From Syntrophorhabdales bacterium (GTDB lineage Bacteria; Desulfobacterota; Syntrophorhabdia; Syntrophorhabdales; WCHB1-27): 62,227 bases of DNA. Under the pieces are notes generated by a model, which saw nothing but the letters and a program-made list of their open reading frames with translations, had not been told where the DNA came from and did no database searches. Shown in pieces: positions 40,494 to 49,655 of the stretch (the first letter of the stretch is position 1; each line of letters begins with the position of its first letter). The translations under genes and the position numbers were made by a program. The stretch lies in contig JBEKOT010000007.1 in the NCBI GenBank assembly GCA_049521495.1, forward strand, positions 1-62,227, in the 5' to 3' direction.

Positions 40494-42134
40494 GTGAATC
40501 CGAGGATCGCCGGTCTCTCGGTTTTCTTCGTCGCCCTTATCCTGGCTTCGCCTGTTGGCCCTGGTGCGACGCAGGGTCATGAGCGCCGCGGGGCCGAGCG
40601 GCTCATTGTGAAAAACATAGGGCCGGGACAGGATATCACCAGCCACGAGTGGGGAATGGTGAGGCTCGAAGTCGGCATCGAAAAGAAAGGGGCCCCTGAG
40701 AGCGGCAAGAAGATGAAGCTCCGGCGGAGCCCTCTAAGAGTCAAAGTGGACAACAGGGAAGTGAGCTGTTACGTCGTCGGTTTCTCCACCGGGTACGAAG
40801 GTAAGAAGACATATGCTTACAGAACCGTTGCTATTCGGCTCGGCCCAAAACCGGGGCCGAGGGTCATTACGGTCCTTTACGACGGCCTCGTAAAGAACGT
40901 TCCTGTCAATTACAGCCCATCGGGGCAGCTCGATTTCACCGACCTTTACGAACATCAGGCAATTTTAGGCAAGAAGTCCGTGACGATACATTGGTTCGGC
41001 TGTTACCTCCTGAAAGAAAGCGTCAAGGTTAGCCTTAACGGTGAGACAATAGCGACGGACATGGAAGTGCCTGCCGACGCGCCCGACCTGCTGGGAGGGC
41101 GCATATCGCCCGGAGATCGGCTGGCGCCCGGCGAAAACAGGGTGAGGATAGAGGCGGTGGATACGAATGGCTCGAAAAGGCAAAAGGAATTGGTTTTTCA
41201 CTACTATCCCGACAGCAGGATCCCTCTGGGTGATGAATTCGTGCTCAACCTTGGCCTGGAAGAGACCGAAAACGGGCCTTTTTTGGATGCGGTCGTTGAA
41301 GGCGGAAGCGTCCTGAAGACGGGTGAGTTCGGTCAGCGGCCGGGGCCGGAGAGGATGGGGGGACAGACGATCATCCCGGCCGGACAGACGATCCTTGCCT
41401 CGTTCAGGGCAGTAGGTACGGGAGAGAGCACCATTGCCACAATTTTGAAACAGTACGCCATGGACGAGCCGACAGAGGTGGAGAAGGCACGAGTCGCCGT
41501 CTATGCCTTTCCCACCGCTGCCGGGAGGCATGAGGCGACAAAAGTTACCGGCCTTGAGAACTACATGGCGCAAGACCTCTTCACGTGCGCCATCCCGGGG
41601 GCATGGCTAAAGATTGAAAACCCGGAAGGAGACAAAGGGGTCTACGGCGTCGCCGCCTATCGGACCTCGCCGCAGGACGCGTCTGCGGCAAGCGTGTCGG
41701 TAGAGTTTTACGGACCGGAATCGAGCACCGGGGCGCTCGGCGCTGCCTGGTATATCGAGAGCCTCCTGATAGGGGAGCAGCAAAAGAAAAGCCCCTCACT
41801 GGCAGCCTGGGCCGTCAAAGCCTATGAAGACATGCAGAAAACGTTCAGGGGCGTCTTTCAGAAGGGGCGGGCCGAAAGGACTATCCCTCCCGCAGCCAGG
41901 CTCACGGAGACGACCGTGGCCGGAAGACGAGCCAAAATCGTGGAACGGGACGTCTCTCTCGTTCGGAGGCGGGCCCTCTTGTTCACGAGCAGAACTTCTT
42001 TTATGGAGAGATTCGTAGTTGTCCCGGCCGCGGCGGGCTTCTATGTCATAGGCTTCAGCACGCCTGCTTCGGAAGCCCAGAAGAACCAGGACCTCTTCGC
42101 AGCCATAACGAAGTCCTTTAAGCCCCTCAAGTGA
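40494..42134 (+). CDS. Secreted hypothetical protein, beta-rich N-region and PsbP/DcrB-like C-domain
   Basis: GTG start, signal peptide; C-terminus TTVAGRRA...FYVIGFSTP....KNQDLFAAITKSFK. Confidence 0.7.
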   Translation: MNPRIAGLSVFFVALILASPVGPGATQGHERRGAERLIVKNIGPGQDITSHEWGMVRLEVGIEKKGAPESGKKMKLRRSPLRVKVDNREVSCYVVGFSTGYEGKKTYAYRTVAIRLGPKPGPRVITVLYDGLVKNVPVNYSPSGQLDFTDLYEHQAILGKKSVTIHWFGCYLLKESVKVSLNGETIATDMEVPADAPDLLGGRISPGDRLAPGENRVRIEAVDTNGSKRQKELVFHYYPDSRIPLGDEFVLNLGLEETENGPFLDAVVEGGSVLKTGEFGQRPGPERMGGQTIIPAGQTILASFRAVGTGESTIATILKQYAMDEPTEVEKARVAVYAFPTAAGRHEATKVTGLENYMAQDLFTCAIPGAWLKIENPEGDKGVYGVAAYRTSPQDASAASVSVEFYGPESSTGALGAAWYIESLLIGEQQKKSPSLAAWAVKAYEDMQKTFRGVFQKGRAERTIPPAARLTETTVAGRRAKIVERDVSLVRRRALLFTSRTSFMERFVVVPAAAGFYVIGFSTPASEAQKNQDLFAAITKSFKPLK

Positions 42135-42161
42135 GGAGCCCAAATCGGAAAGCGAGGTTAC

Positions 42162-43079
42162 TCAACCCGTGTATATACCGTATGCTTCCTCTACGGTCCT
42201 GTCCTCCACTGTAACGGCGTATATGGCATTGCACATCCTGATCGCTTCCTGAAGCGGTTTCTGATGGACATTCCTGCCCGTGGCGTTCCCCGCCGCTCCT
42301 GCCACGTGTATCTGGTCGTGGAGCTTTTGAAGGAAAAGCCTTGCATCGTCGCTCTCGCCGCCCGCGCAAACGAGCTTCGTGCGGCCTGCGGCGAGGACGG
42401 CCTCTTTCAGGGCCTCGGCCGGGTTCACGCCTTCCTTCTTGGGATAGTTCACTTTTACGAAGTCGGACCCCAGGCAAGCAGCCACGCCGGCCGCACCGGC
42501 GATTAGGTGAGGGTCCTTTTCATCCTTCACCGCTTTGCCCCGTGGATATATCCAGAGCACGGTGAGGTATCCGCGCAGGTGGGCCTCATACACCGTTTGG
42601 GCCGCCTCTAAGAGCATGGTCGATTCATATTCGCTGCCAAGGTAGATCGTGTAGCCGACACCCATTATACGAAGGCCGCTATTCTTATGGAAATCGGCGA
42701 CCTCCCTGACGCCGAACCAGCGTGGGCTAATTGGATCCCGCTGAGAGGTCTTGACGATATTCGTCTTCGAGTTGAGCTTCACCAGATAAGGCACGCCGGG
42801 GTAGTCCCGGCCATACCTCGCAATAAGCCCCAATTGGGTAGCAAAAACGCCAATCCGAGCCTTGTCTGCTACGCGGAAGAGGTGCTCCGGGCTACTGTCG
42901 TCCGAAGAAATACCCTCCCCAAAAAAGTCATCGTTCAGGTGCTCCACCTTCTGATCTCCGGCATAGAGCATCAGACGCCCCGTCTCCCTCGTGATAGTCA
43001 TGTAATTCTTCATAAAAGAGTCCACCGAAGCCTGCGGCACATCCGCCGGGACCTTTACCTGTGTAGGCTCGCTCGCCAT
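42162..43079 (-). CDS. Class I fructose-bisphosphate aldolase (FbaB/DhnA family)
   Basis: AGDQKVEH, VKLNSKT, VGYTIYLGSE, W.YPRG, SDFVKVNYP (Schiff-base Lys), GNATGRN. Confidence 0.9.
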   Translation of the reverse strand: MASEPTQVKVPADVPQASVDSFMKNYMTITRETGRLMLYAGDQKVEHLNDDFFGEGISSDDSSPEHLFRVADKARIGVFATQLGLIARYGRDYPGVPYLVKLNSKTNIVKTSQRDPISPRWFGVREVADFHKNSGLRIMGVGYTIYLGSEYESTMLLEAAQTVYEAHLRGYLTVLWIYPRGKAVKDEKDPHLIAGAAGVAACLGSDFVKVNYPKKEGVNPAEALKEAVLAAGRTKLVCAGGESDDARLFLQKLHDQIHVAGAAGNATGRNVHQKPLQEAIRMCNAIYAVTVEDRTVEEAYGIYTG

Positions 43080-43262
43080 GGTATCCTCCTCGCAGATTCT
43101 ACAGTATCATTGTCGTCGTCATAATATACCGGTTCTACCAAAAATGCCATAAAAGAAAAATGGTGCACGTATTGCACTCTGTAAAGGTCTTTTCCCTTGA
43201 ATGTTTTCTCTCCTTGGAAACAATGAAGCAGGCCGCAAGTGACGGCGCGTTGCTGGGATTGC

Positions 43263-43291
43263 TTGACAAAAAATGGCCCCCAGCATACTTT
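43263..43291 (+). promoter_or_regulatory. Putative sigma70 promoter of pfk
   Basis: TTGACA-17 nt-TACTTT. Confidence 0.4.
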
Positions 43292-43347
43292 ATTGGGTAG
43301 GTCCGGAAAGGGACCGGCCGTATAAATAACCGAACAGCGGGGTAAAG

Positions 43348-44517
43348 GTGACCGAGAAACGAAAGATAGGTATTCTGACAGGCGGCGGCGACGTTCCAGG
43401 TCTTAACGTCGCCATAAAGGCGGTAGTCTCGCAGGCCGAAAACCATGACATCAGCGTTATAGGTATCAGGACTGGGTGGGCAGGTCTTCTGTGCGTCAAC
43501 CCCGACGACCCGGCCACAATTTCCCGGTACACCATTGGGCTTACCATGGAAAACGTTCGTACCATCGACCGGACAGGGGGCACCTTTCTCCACACTTCGC
43601 GGACGAACCCGAGCAACGTTGGCCCCGAGGACGTCCCCGAATTCGTCCGGCAAGAGGACAGGCAGCCGACCGAGAAAGGTACGGTCGACTGTACGCGCCA
43701 CATCATCAGGGTGTTGGATAAACTCGGCATAGAGGCGATGATACCCATCGGGGGGGACGATACGCTCAGTTTTGCAAGCCGAATGCACAGGGAAGGGTTC
43801 CGGGTCGTGGCAATCCCGAAAACCATGGACAACGATGTCTTCGGGACCGACTTCTGCCTCGGCTTCTCCACCGCCGTCACGCGCTCGGTAGATGCCATAC
43901 ACGCCCTGCGCACGACGATCGGTTCCCACGAGCGCATCGGGGTGGTAGAGCTCTTCGGGAGGAACTCGGGGGAGACGTCGCTCTTTGCCGCATATCTCGC
44001 CGATGTGGACCGGGCAGTCATATCGGAGGTCCCTGTGGACATCGAGCGGCTTGCTCGACTCCTGGCGGAAGACCGCGACCGCAACCCTTCCCGTTATGCC
44101 ATCCTGACCATTTCCGAGGGCGCCTATTTGAAGGGCGGTACTATCCTGGAAAGCGGCGAGGCAGACGCTTACGGGCATAAGAAGCTGGGGGGGATCGGCT
44201 CGATTGTCGCCGGTGAGATCAAGAGACGAACCGGCGTCAATATAATCTACCAGCAGCTGGCCTACATAATGCGGTCGGGCGCCCCCGATTCGCTCGACCG
44301 TATGGTCGCCGCATCTTACGGAGTTCTGGCCCTCGACCAGATAGCCCTCGGCTCGACCGGCCGCATGGTCGCGCTCCAGCAGGGAATTTATACGACCGTG
44401 CCCCTCGAGCTGGTGACCGCCGCAAAGAAACGCGTCGACGTTACGGCCCTCTACGACCCCGAGAACTACAGGCCGAAAGTGCGGAACATGCTGGGCAAGC
44501 CCATGTTTCTCTACTGA
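43348..44517 (+). CDS. 6-phosphofructokinase, predicted PPi-dependent
   Basis: [39 protein letters not shown]. Confidence 0.92.
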   Translation: MTEKRKIGILTGGGDVPGLNVAIKAVVSQAENHDISVIGIRTGWAGLLCVNPDDPATISRYTIGLTMENVRTIDRTGGTFLHTSRTNPSNVGPEDVPEFVRQEDRQPTEKGTVDCTRHIIRVLDKLGIEAMIPIGGDDTLSFASRMHREGFRVVAIPKTMDNDVFGTDFCLGFSTAVTRSVDAIHALRTTIGSHERIGVVELFGRNSGETSLFAAYLADVDRAVISEVPVDIERLARLLAEDRDRNPSRYAILTISEGAYLKGGTILESGEADAYGHKKLGGIGSIVAGEIKRRTGVNIIYQQLAYIMRSGAPDSLDRMVAASYGVLALDQIALGSTGRMVALQQGIYTTVPLELVTAAKKRVDVTALYDPENYRPKVRNMLGKPMFLY

Positions 44518-44527
44518 TTCAGTCCCT

Positions 44528-45724
44528 GTGGCCCACACTGTAACCCTCGATGACATAAAGGCGGCAAGGAAGCTGGTAGGGCCTTTCACGCACAAAACGC
44601 CCCTTCTCCATTCCAGGTCCCTCTCCCAACTCAGCGGAGCAGAGGTTTACATCAAGGCCGAAAACCTGCAAAAGACAGGCTCCTTCAAGGTCAGGGGGGC
44701 TTTCAGCAAGATGGCCCGCATCGGGAAAGGCAGGGTGGTGGCGGCGTCCATGGGGAACCACGGGCAGGCGGTCGCCTTTGCGGCGCAGCAGATGGGGATG
44801 CAGGCCCTTATCGTCATGCCGAAGACCGTTTCCATAATTAAGGAAGAGGCGACGAGGGGCTATGGGGCAGAGGTGCTGCTTTGGGGGGAGACCTTCCAGG
44901 AGGCGCTCGAACACGCCCTCTCTCTTAAAGGTTATACGTTTATCCATGCTTACGACGACGAGCAGGTCATAGCGGGCCAGGGGACGATCTGCCTCGAGAT
45001 CGCCGAAGAGCTAGACTCCATCGACTGTGCGCTGATACCGGTGGGCGGCGGAGGACTGATCGCAGGATGCGCCGTGGCCATGAAAGAGCTCTCCCCCCGG
45101 ACCTCGGTCATAGGAGTACAGGCACTGGCGGCCCCTTCCGCGTTCCTTTCTCTGAAAGAGGGGGTGCCGACGAGTGCGGTGCCTGCCAGGACGCTGGCAG
45201 ACGGTATAGCCGTCGGCCGGGTGGGTGAGGAAACCTTTCCCCTGATGAAAGAGTACGTGGACGAGATGCTGACGGTCAGGGAAGATACGATCGCTATGGC
45301 TATCCTCCTCTTTATGGAACGAATCAAATTCGTCGTGGAGGGCGCGGGCGCAGCGCCGTTGGCGGCCCTCTTGGAAAACAAGGAACGCTTCAAGGGTAGA
45401 AGAATTGTTCTGGTTGCCAGTGGAGGCAACATCGACTCGACGCTCATCGACAGGATGATCTATAAAGGTCTGCTGACGTCGGGCAGGATCGTCGTCTTCG
45501 AGGTTACGGCCGATGACGTGCCCGGCAGCCTTGCCGCGCTCTCCGCCGTCGTTGCCTCCCGCCGGGCGAACATTCTCAATGTGGTGCATGACAGGCTGCA
45601 GGCAGATCTGCCCATAGGAAAGACAAGGGTAATATTCATTGTAGAAACGCGGAAGCCCGCCCACCTGGAAGAGATTATCGGTGATATGGAAGCCCTGGGT
45701 TACGAGGTCAGAAGGAGGGGATGA
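44528..45724 (+). CDS. ilvA: Threonine ammonia-lyase with C-terminal ACT domain
   Basis: KAENLQKTGSFKVRGA, ASMGNH, VGGGGL, SGGNID, ACT (D.PGSL). Confidence 0.92.
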   Translation: MAHTVTLDDIKAARKLVGPFTHKTPLLHSRSLSQLSGAEVYIKAENLQKTGSFKVRGAFSKMARIGKGRVVAASMGNHGQAVAFAAQQMGMQALIVMPKTVSIIKEEATRGYGAEVLLWGETFQEALEHALSLKGYTFIHAYDDEQVIAGQGTICLEIAEELDSIDCALIPVGGGGLIAGCAVAMKELSPRTSVIGVQALAAPSAFLSLKEGVPTSAVPARTLADGIAVGRVGEETFPLMKEYVDEMLTVREDTIAMAILLFMERIKFVVEGAGAAPLAALLENKERFKGRRIVLVASGGNIDSTLIDRMIYKGLLTSGRIVVFEVTADDVPGSLAALSAVVASRRANILNVVHDRLQADLPIGKTRVIFIVETRKPAHLEEIIGDMEALGYEVRRRG

Positions 45725-45730
45725 AAGGTC

Positions 45731-45907
45731 TTACTTCTTCTCCTTATTCCGGCCCTTCATCCTGTGGGTGATCGAGGCTTTCATGGATTTCACTTCCCGG
45801 CAATAGTCGCACATGCCCTCGCTGTCGAGGAGGTCCGAGAAGACCTGCTTTCCGCACCTGGAGCAAGCCTTATGCCATGGCTTCGTCGCCTTTACCGTAT
45901 TCTGCAT
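45731..45907 (-). CDS. 58-aa Cys4 zinc-finger-like microprotein, below the ORF-track cutoff
   Basis: MQNTVKATKPWHKACSRCGKQVFSDLLDSEGMCDYCREVK...KEKK*; AGGAAAAGG upstream; dedicated promoter. Confidence 0.7.
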   Translation of the reverse strand: MQNTVKATKPWHKACSRCGKQVFSDLLDSEGMCDYCREVKSMKASITHRMKGRNKEKK

Positions 45908-45949
45908 GCCTTTTCCTGGATACCTGGTGAACCGGAACCGAATAACCTC

Positions 45950-45979
45950 ATTCTATCCCCTCGGACGGATTTTGGTCAA
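45950..45979 (-). promoter_or_regulatory. Sigma70 promoter for the Cys4 microprotein
   Basis: TTGACC-18 nt-TAGAAT. Confidence 0.55.
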
Positions 45980-46254
45980 GGGATTTCTTCACCTGCCCGC
46001 CAGGGCGCTTTTTGCGCCTGATCTGCTCGACTGCGGACCGCGGGGTCCTGATATACTCAAAAGTACTCCCATAGGCGGGAGTCCGGGGCCGGGCTATTTC
46101 CGGCTCCTCGGCGGCGGGGCGGGTCGCAAGTCGAGCGGGACCGGGTCAGAGAGACAGAGAAAAGGCGCGAAAAGATCCGGGCCCCCCACATCCACCCCGT
46201 GAAATGCAGATTACTATTGACAATACTGGCGCTATAGCTTATATGAAGATGTAA

Positions 46255-46328
46255 GGCGGTGTAGCTCAGACGGTTAGAGCATGCGGCTCATATCCGCAGT
46301 GTCCGGGGTTCAATTCCCTGCACCGCCA
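46255..46328 (+). tRNA. tRNA-Met (CAT), elongator type; CCA not encoded
   Basis: Acceptor GGCGGTG/CACCGCC, D-arm, anticodon arm TGCGG-CTCATAT-CCGCA, TTCAATT T-loop; G1-C72 pair excludes initiator; Ile2 not fully excluded. Confidence 0.93.
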
Positions 46329-46383
46329 TATTGATAGAGCACAGTTCTTGGTCTGCGCGCTAAATTCTGAGGAGGTGGGCGTA

Positions 46384-46656
46384 ATGACGAAAGCGGAGCT
46401 GGTTGGCAGCGTTGCAACTGCTGCAGGAGTAAAGACATCCGTGGCGGAAAAGGTCCTTAAGTCCTTCATCGACAATATCGAAAGGGCGCTGAAGAAGGGT
46501 GATAAGATCACATTGACGGGCTTCGGCACCTTCCAGTGCACAAAGAGGGCCCAGAGGACAGGCAGGAACCCGAGGACCGGGAAGGAGATCAAGATTCCCG
46601 CTTGCAGCGTGCCGAAATTCAAACCCGGCAATAAACTGAAGGAGGCGCTGAAATAA
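46384..46656 (+). CDS. hup: DNA-binding protein HU
   Basis: MTKAELV, GFGTF, RTGRNPRTG, PKFKPG; GAGGAGG RBS. Confidence 0.96.
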   Translation: MTKAELVGSVATAAGVKTSVAEKVLKSFIDNIERALKKGDKITLTGFGTFQCTKRAQRTGRNPRTGKEIKIPACSVPKFKPGNKLKEALK

Positions 46657-46666
46657 AGGCCCTGAA

Positions 46667-46697
46667 GAGCAAAGGGGCAATCCTTGCCCCTTTGCTC
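46667..46697 (+). terminator. Intrinsic terminator after hup
   Basis: Perfect 14-bp stem GAGCAAAGGGGCAA/TTGCCCCTTTGCTC, TCC loop, ATTTTATT tail. Confidence 0.7.
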
Positions 46698-47240
46698 ATT
46701 TTATTCATAGCCGCTCTCGTCTTGCCCGACCTTTCAATAGCTGCCGAAAAGAAGGCAAAGCGACAAGTGGCGAGAGCCGCCCCGGCCGGCCCTGCGGTCG
46801 CAGCGGTAAACGACGCGAATGTTCAGGAGTCTCTGAGAAGCGCCCAGGACCAGCTCAATAAGGGAAAGATCGACGAGGCTCTGAGGATGCTTCAGGCGGT
46901 CCATAGCTACGCGGTCGACAACCTGCAGCTTATGGCCTGCGTCGGGGAGGCTTATGAGAAGGCGCGGAACAACGATCAAGCGCTCTCTCAGGACCAGAAG
47001 GAAACCCTCTACCTGAGACAGCAGCGGATGGGCGGCCTTGTTGCCGCCTATACCAAGGTAAGAGGGGAATCGGCCTACAACCTGGGCCTTGCTTACGTAA
47101 AGAAGGGCGATGCGCCGCAGGCGAGGAAATATCTCGTCGAGGCCTGCCGAACGGCGCCTTTCTCTATGGACCCTGCCTCCCTATGGATGAGGTCGAAAGA
47201 CCTCTTTCTCAAGATCTCCGGTCTCGAGGGAGAATTCTAA
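46692..47240 (+). CDS. Secreted TPR-like hypothetical protein
   Basis: Hydrophobic N-terminus; helical repeats (AQDQLNKGK.DEAL, AYNLG.AY.KKG...QA.KYL). Confidence 0.65.
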   Translation: MLILFIAALVLPDLSIAAEKKAKRQVARAAPAGPAVAAVNDANVQESLRSAQDQLNKGKIDEALRMLQAVHSYAVDNLQLMACVGEAYEKARNNDQALSQDQKETLYLRQQRMGGLVAAYTKVRGESAYNLGLAYVKKGDAPQARKYLVEACRTAPFSMDPASLWMRSKDLFLKISGLEGEF

Positions 47241-47254
47241 AAGCTCGGGCTGCC

Positions 47255-47962
47255 CTATTGCCGCCGGAGCCGGCGCAGGGCAAGGCCGAAGGCGTATTCG
47301 TAGAGGTGAAGGCCTTTGCTCACTGCCACCATCGATCCGTCCCCAACGCCTATCTCCTGGCACATGTATTCCTTGAGGAGCTGGATGGCGGCGAGGTTTG
47401 ACGGGAAACCGGCCCACAGGTCCCAGCTGCGGAAATAGAGAACAAAATGCAGCCTGTCGTCGGCGACGCGCGTATCTATAAGGCGCAGGCAAGGAGGGTC
47501 TTCGAGCAGGATGTCCTGGGGCATGCCGACTTCCATTATGGCTTGGTTCGTACCATGCGTCTTTTTGCGGTAGATGTCGATCACTTCCTTGACCGGGTTG
47601 ACGCCGAAGGAGAACTCGGTCCCCCTTATAGACACTTTCGGGTTGGTCAGCCTCTCTCCGTAAGTATATACCTCATTCTCCCTCTTTCTGTCGGTCATCA
47701 GGTACTGAAGATAGTCTTCCACGTAGTCCATGCTTGTGGGCTGGGGGATAGCGAGCTCCGCCGGTATATCGGGTATCAGCGGCCTTACCCCCGGATGGGC
47801 GATATGGACCATCACCAGATCGAACTCCCGCCTCTTGACCCCCCTGAAGGACCCTCTCTCCACCTCGTACTCATGGACCCGATCGTCTTCGAAAATCCTG
47901 TATATGCACTGAAACCAGGCGTCGGGAAGGTCCCTGGCCTCTATCAGAACCGGCTCCATCAT
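47255..47962 (-). CDS. thyA: Thymidylate synthase, short archaeal-type ThyA
   Basis: YTYGERL, DPPCLR (catalytic Cys), FRSWD, FPSN, LHLY. Confidence 0.82.
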   Translation of the reverse strand: MMEPVLIEARDLPDAWFQCIYRIFEDDRVHEYEVERGSFRGVKRREFDLVMVHIAHPGVRPLIPDIPAELAIPQPTSMDYVEDYLQYLMTDRKRENEVYTYGERLTNPKVSIRGTEFSFGVNPVKEVIDIYRKKTHGTNQAIMEVGMPQDILLEDPPCLRLIDTRVADDRLHFVLYFRSWDLWAGFPSNLAAIQLLKEYMCQEIGVGDGSMVAVSKGLHLYEYAFGLALRRLRRQ

Positions 47963-48015
47963 TGCCCAATCCCCCTGCCGAAAACGTTTGAAAAACTATA
48001 GCCGAAAATAGTATG

Positions 48016-48043
48016 ATAAGGCAACTCAAATAAGGCAACTCAA
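48016..48043. repeat. Perfect 14-bp tandem duplication
   Basis: ATAAGGCAACTCAA twice, directly after TTGAAA-18-TATGAT (47988-48017). Confidence 0.9.
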
Positions 48044-48057
48044 TTCAGGAAGTCTGG

Positions 48058-48696
48058 ATGTTCGTAAAGCAATTGGAAGTCGGCAGTTTTGCGGTTTTTG
48101 CCTACATCGTCGGCTCGGAGGCGACGGGGGAGGCCCTCGTCATCGATCCGGCAGCCGATGGGGAACGGCTCGTGAAAGAGGCCGAGAGGAACAGGCTCCG
48201 CATAAAGTACATCGTCAATACGCACTCCCACATCGACCACGTGATGGGCAACAGGAGGATGAAGGATCTTACGGGCGCCAAAATTGTCATACACGAGGCG
48301 GAAGCGCCGTACCTTGCCCACCAGGCCGCAGACATGATGAGCATGTTCGGGGCGGAGCCATCCCCGCCCGCCGACGTGACGGTGAGAGAAAACGATTTGA
48401 TAACAGTGGGAGATGTTTCCCTGAAGGTGCTCCACACACCCGGTCATTCGCCGGGGGGCATCTGTCTTTACACGGACGGTCTCGTGTTTACGGGCGACAC
48501 GCTCTTCATCGGGGGCGTGGGAAGGACCGATCTGCAGGGCGGTTCCTCGCGGACCCTCGTCAACTCCATCCGCAGCAAGCTTTTCGTCCTCCCCGACGCG
48601 ACCGTCGTTCTTCCAGGGCACAACTACGGCGAATATCCCAAGAGCACCATCGGAGTGGAGAAGGTAAGCAATCCTTATGTCGGTTCGGGCCGGTAG
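48058..48696 (+). CDS. MBL-fold hydrolase (glyoxalase II/YcbL-like)
   Basis: THSHIDH, TPGHSPG, GDTLF, PGH. Confidence 0.9.
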   Translation: MFVKQLEVGSFAVFAYIVGSEATGEALVIDPAADGERLVKEAERNRLRIKYIVNTHSHIDHVMGNRRMKDLTGAKIVIHEAEAPYLAHQAADMMSMFGAEPSPPADVTVRENDLITVGDVSLKVLHTPGHSPGGICLYTDGLVFTGDTLFIGGVGRTDLQGGSSRTLVNSIRSKLFVLPDATVVLPGHNYGEYPKSTIGVEKVSNPYVGSGR

Positions 48697-49582
48697 CGCA
48701 AGGCTGCTCCTTGCACTTTTTTCCATCTTCTTCCTTTTCTCTTGCGAGGCGGGACGGATAGGTCGGACCGCTGCCCCGCCGGCGCCCGTAAAGCCTGCAA
48801 AGAAAGAGCCTGTTATCGCCCTTGTCCTCGGCGGAGGGGCAGCCAAAGGGTTTGCCCACGTTGGGGTGCTCAGGGTGCTGGAACAGGAAAAAATACCAAT
48901 CCACATGATCATCGGGACGAGCGTGGGGAGCCTGATAGGGGGGCTCTACGCCGCGAACCCGGACAGCTTCCAGCTCGAATGGACCGCCTTCAAAATCGAT
49001 CGTCCCGACATACTCGATTTCTCCATAGCGTATTCGAAGATGGGCCCCGTTCAGGGCATGCGGCTGGAGAGCTTCGTCGAGCAGAACGTTAAGGTGAAGA
49101 GGGTGGAGGATACCAAGATACCCTTTATACCCGTTGCCACCGACCTGAATACGGGAGAGACGGTGGTGCTGGAGAAGGGCTCCCTCGCTAAGGCGATCCA
49201 CGCCTCTGCGGCGATCCCCGGCATTTTCGTACCTGTGGCCTTCGGCAACAGGATGCTTGTGGACGGAGGCATCACGGACAACTGCGCCTGCGACATCGCC
49301 AAGGCCAGGGGCGCCGATATAGTGATCGCCGTCAATCTCCAGAAGGACATTAAGAATTACAAGATCGAGTCCCTCATCGACGTTATCGCCCAATCGATAG
49401 ACATCATGATGCGCGAGTCGAGCAAGGGAAAGATGGAAGCCGCGGACGTGCTGATCGAGCCCGATACGAAAGGGACCTCGATCTTCGATTTCGGCCGGAA
49501 GAAGGTCTTAATGGACGAGGGCATCAGGGCGGCGAAACAGGCCATACCGCGCATCAGGGAACTCATGGCCGCCGGCCGGTAA
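48677..49582 (+). CDS. Patatin-like phospholipase, probable lipoprotein
   Basis: LFSC lipobox, GGGAAKG, GTSVG (GxSxG), DGG. Confidence 0.9.
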   Translation: MSVRAGSARLLLALFSIFFLFSCEAGRIGRTAAPPAPVKPAKKEPVIALVLGGGAAKGFAHVGVLRVLEQEKIPIHMIIGTSVGSLIGGLYAANPDSFQLEWTAFKIDRPDILDFSIAYSKMGPVQGMRLESFVEQNVKVKRVEDTKIPFIPVATDLNTGETVVLEKGSLAKAIHASAAIPGIFVPVAFGNRMLVDGGITDNCACDIAKARGADIVIAVNLQKDIKNYKIESLIDVIAQSIDIMMRESSKGKMEAADVLIEPDTKGTSIFDFGRKKVLMDEGIRAAKQAIPRIRELMAAGR

Positions 49583-49655
49583 GACCAAGACAAATCCGAA
49601 GCATCCATGTCCCATAAAAGTTTTCATTGGATGGTCCCACTCCCGGGGACTACGC

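Noticed and set aside
45764-46202. Plus-strand ORFs 45764-46021 and 45813-46202
   Set aside because: No motifs; they overlap a better-supported minus-strand microprotein and its promoter
46255-46400. tRNA-Met as an integration site for a prophage or island
   Set aside because: No integrase nearby, and I noticed no duplicated tRNA 3' end; flanks are housekeeping genes
48016-48043. Tandem repeat as a CRISPR remnant
   Set aside because: Only two adjacent 14-bp units, no spacer and no cas genes
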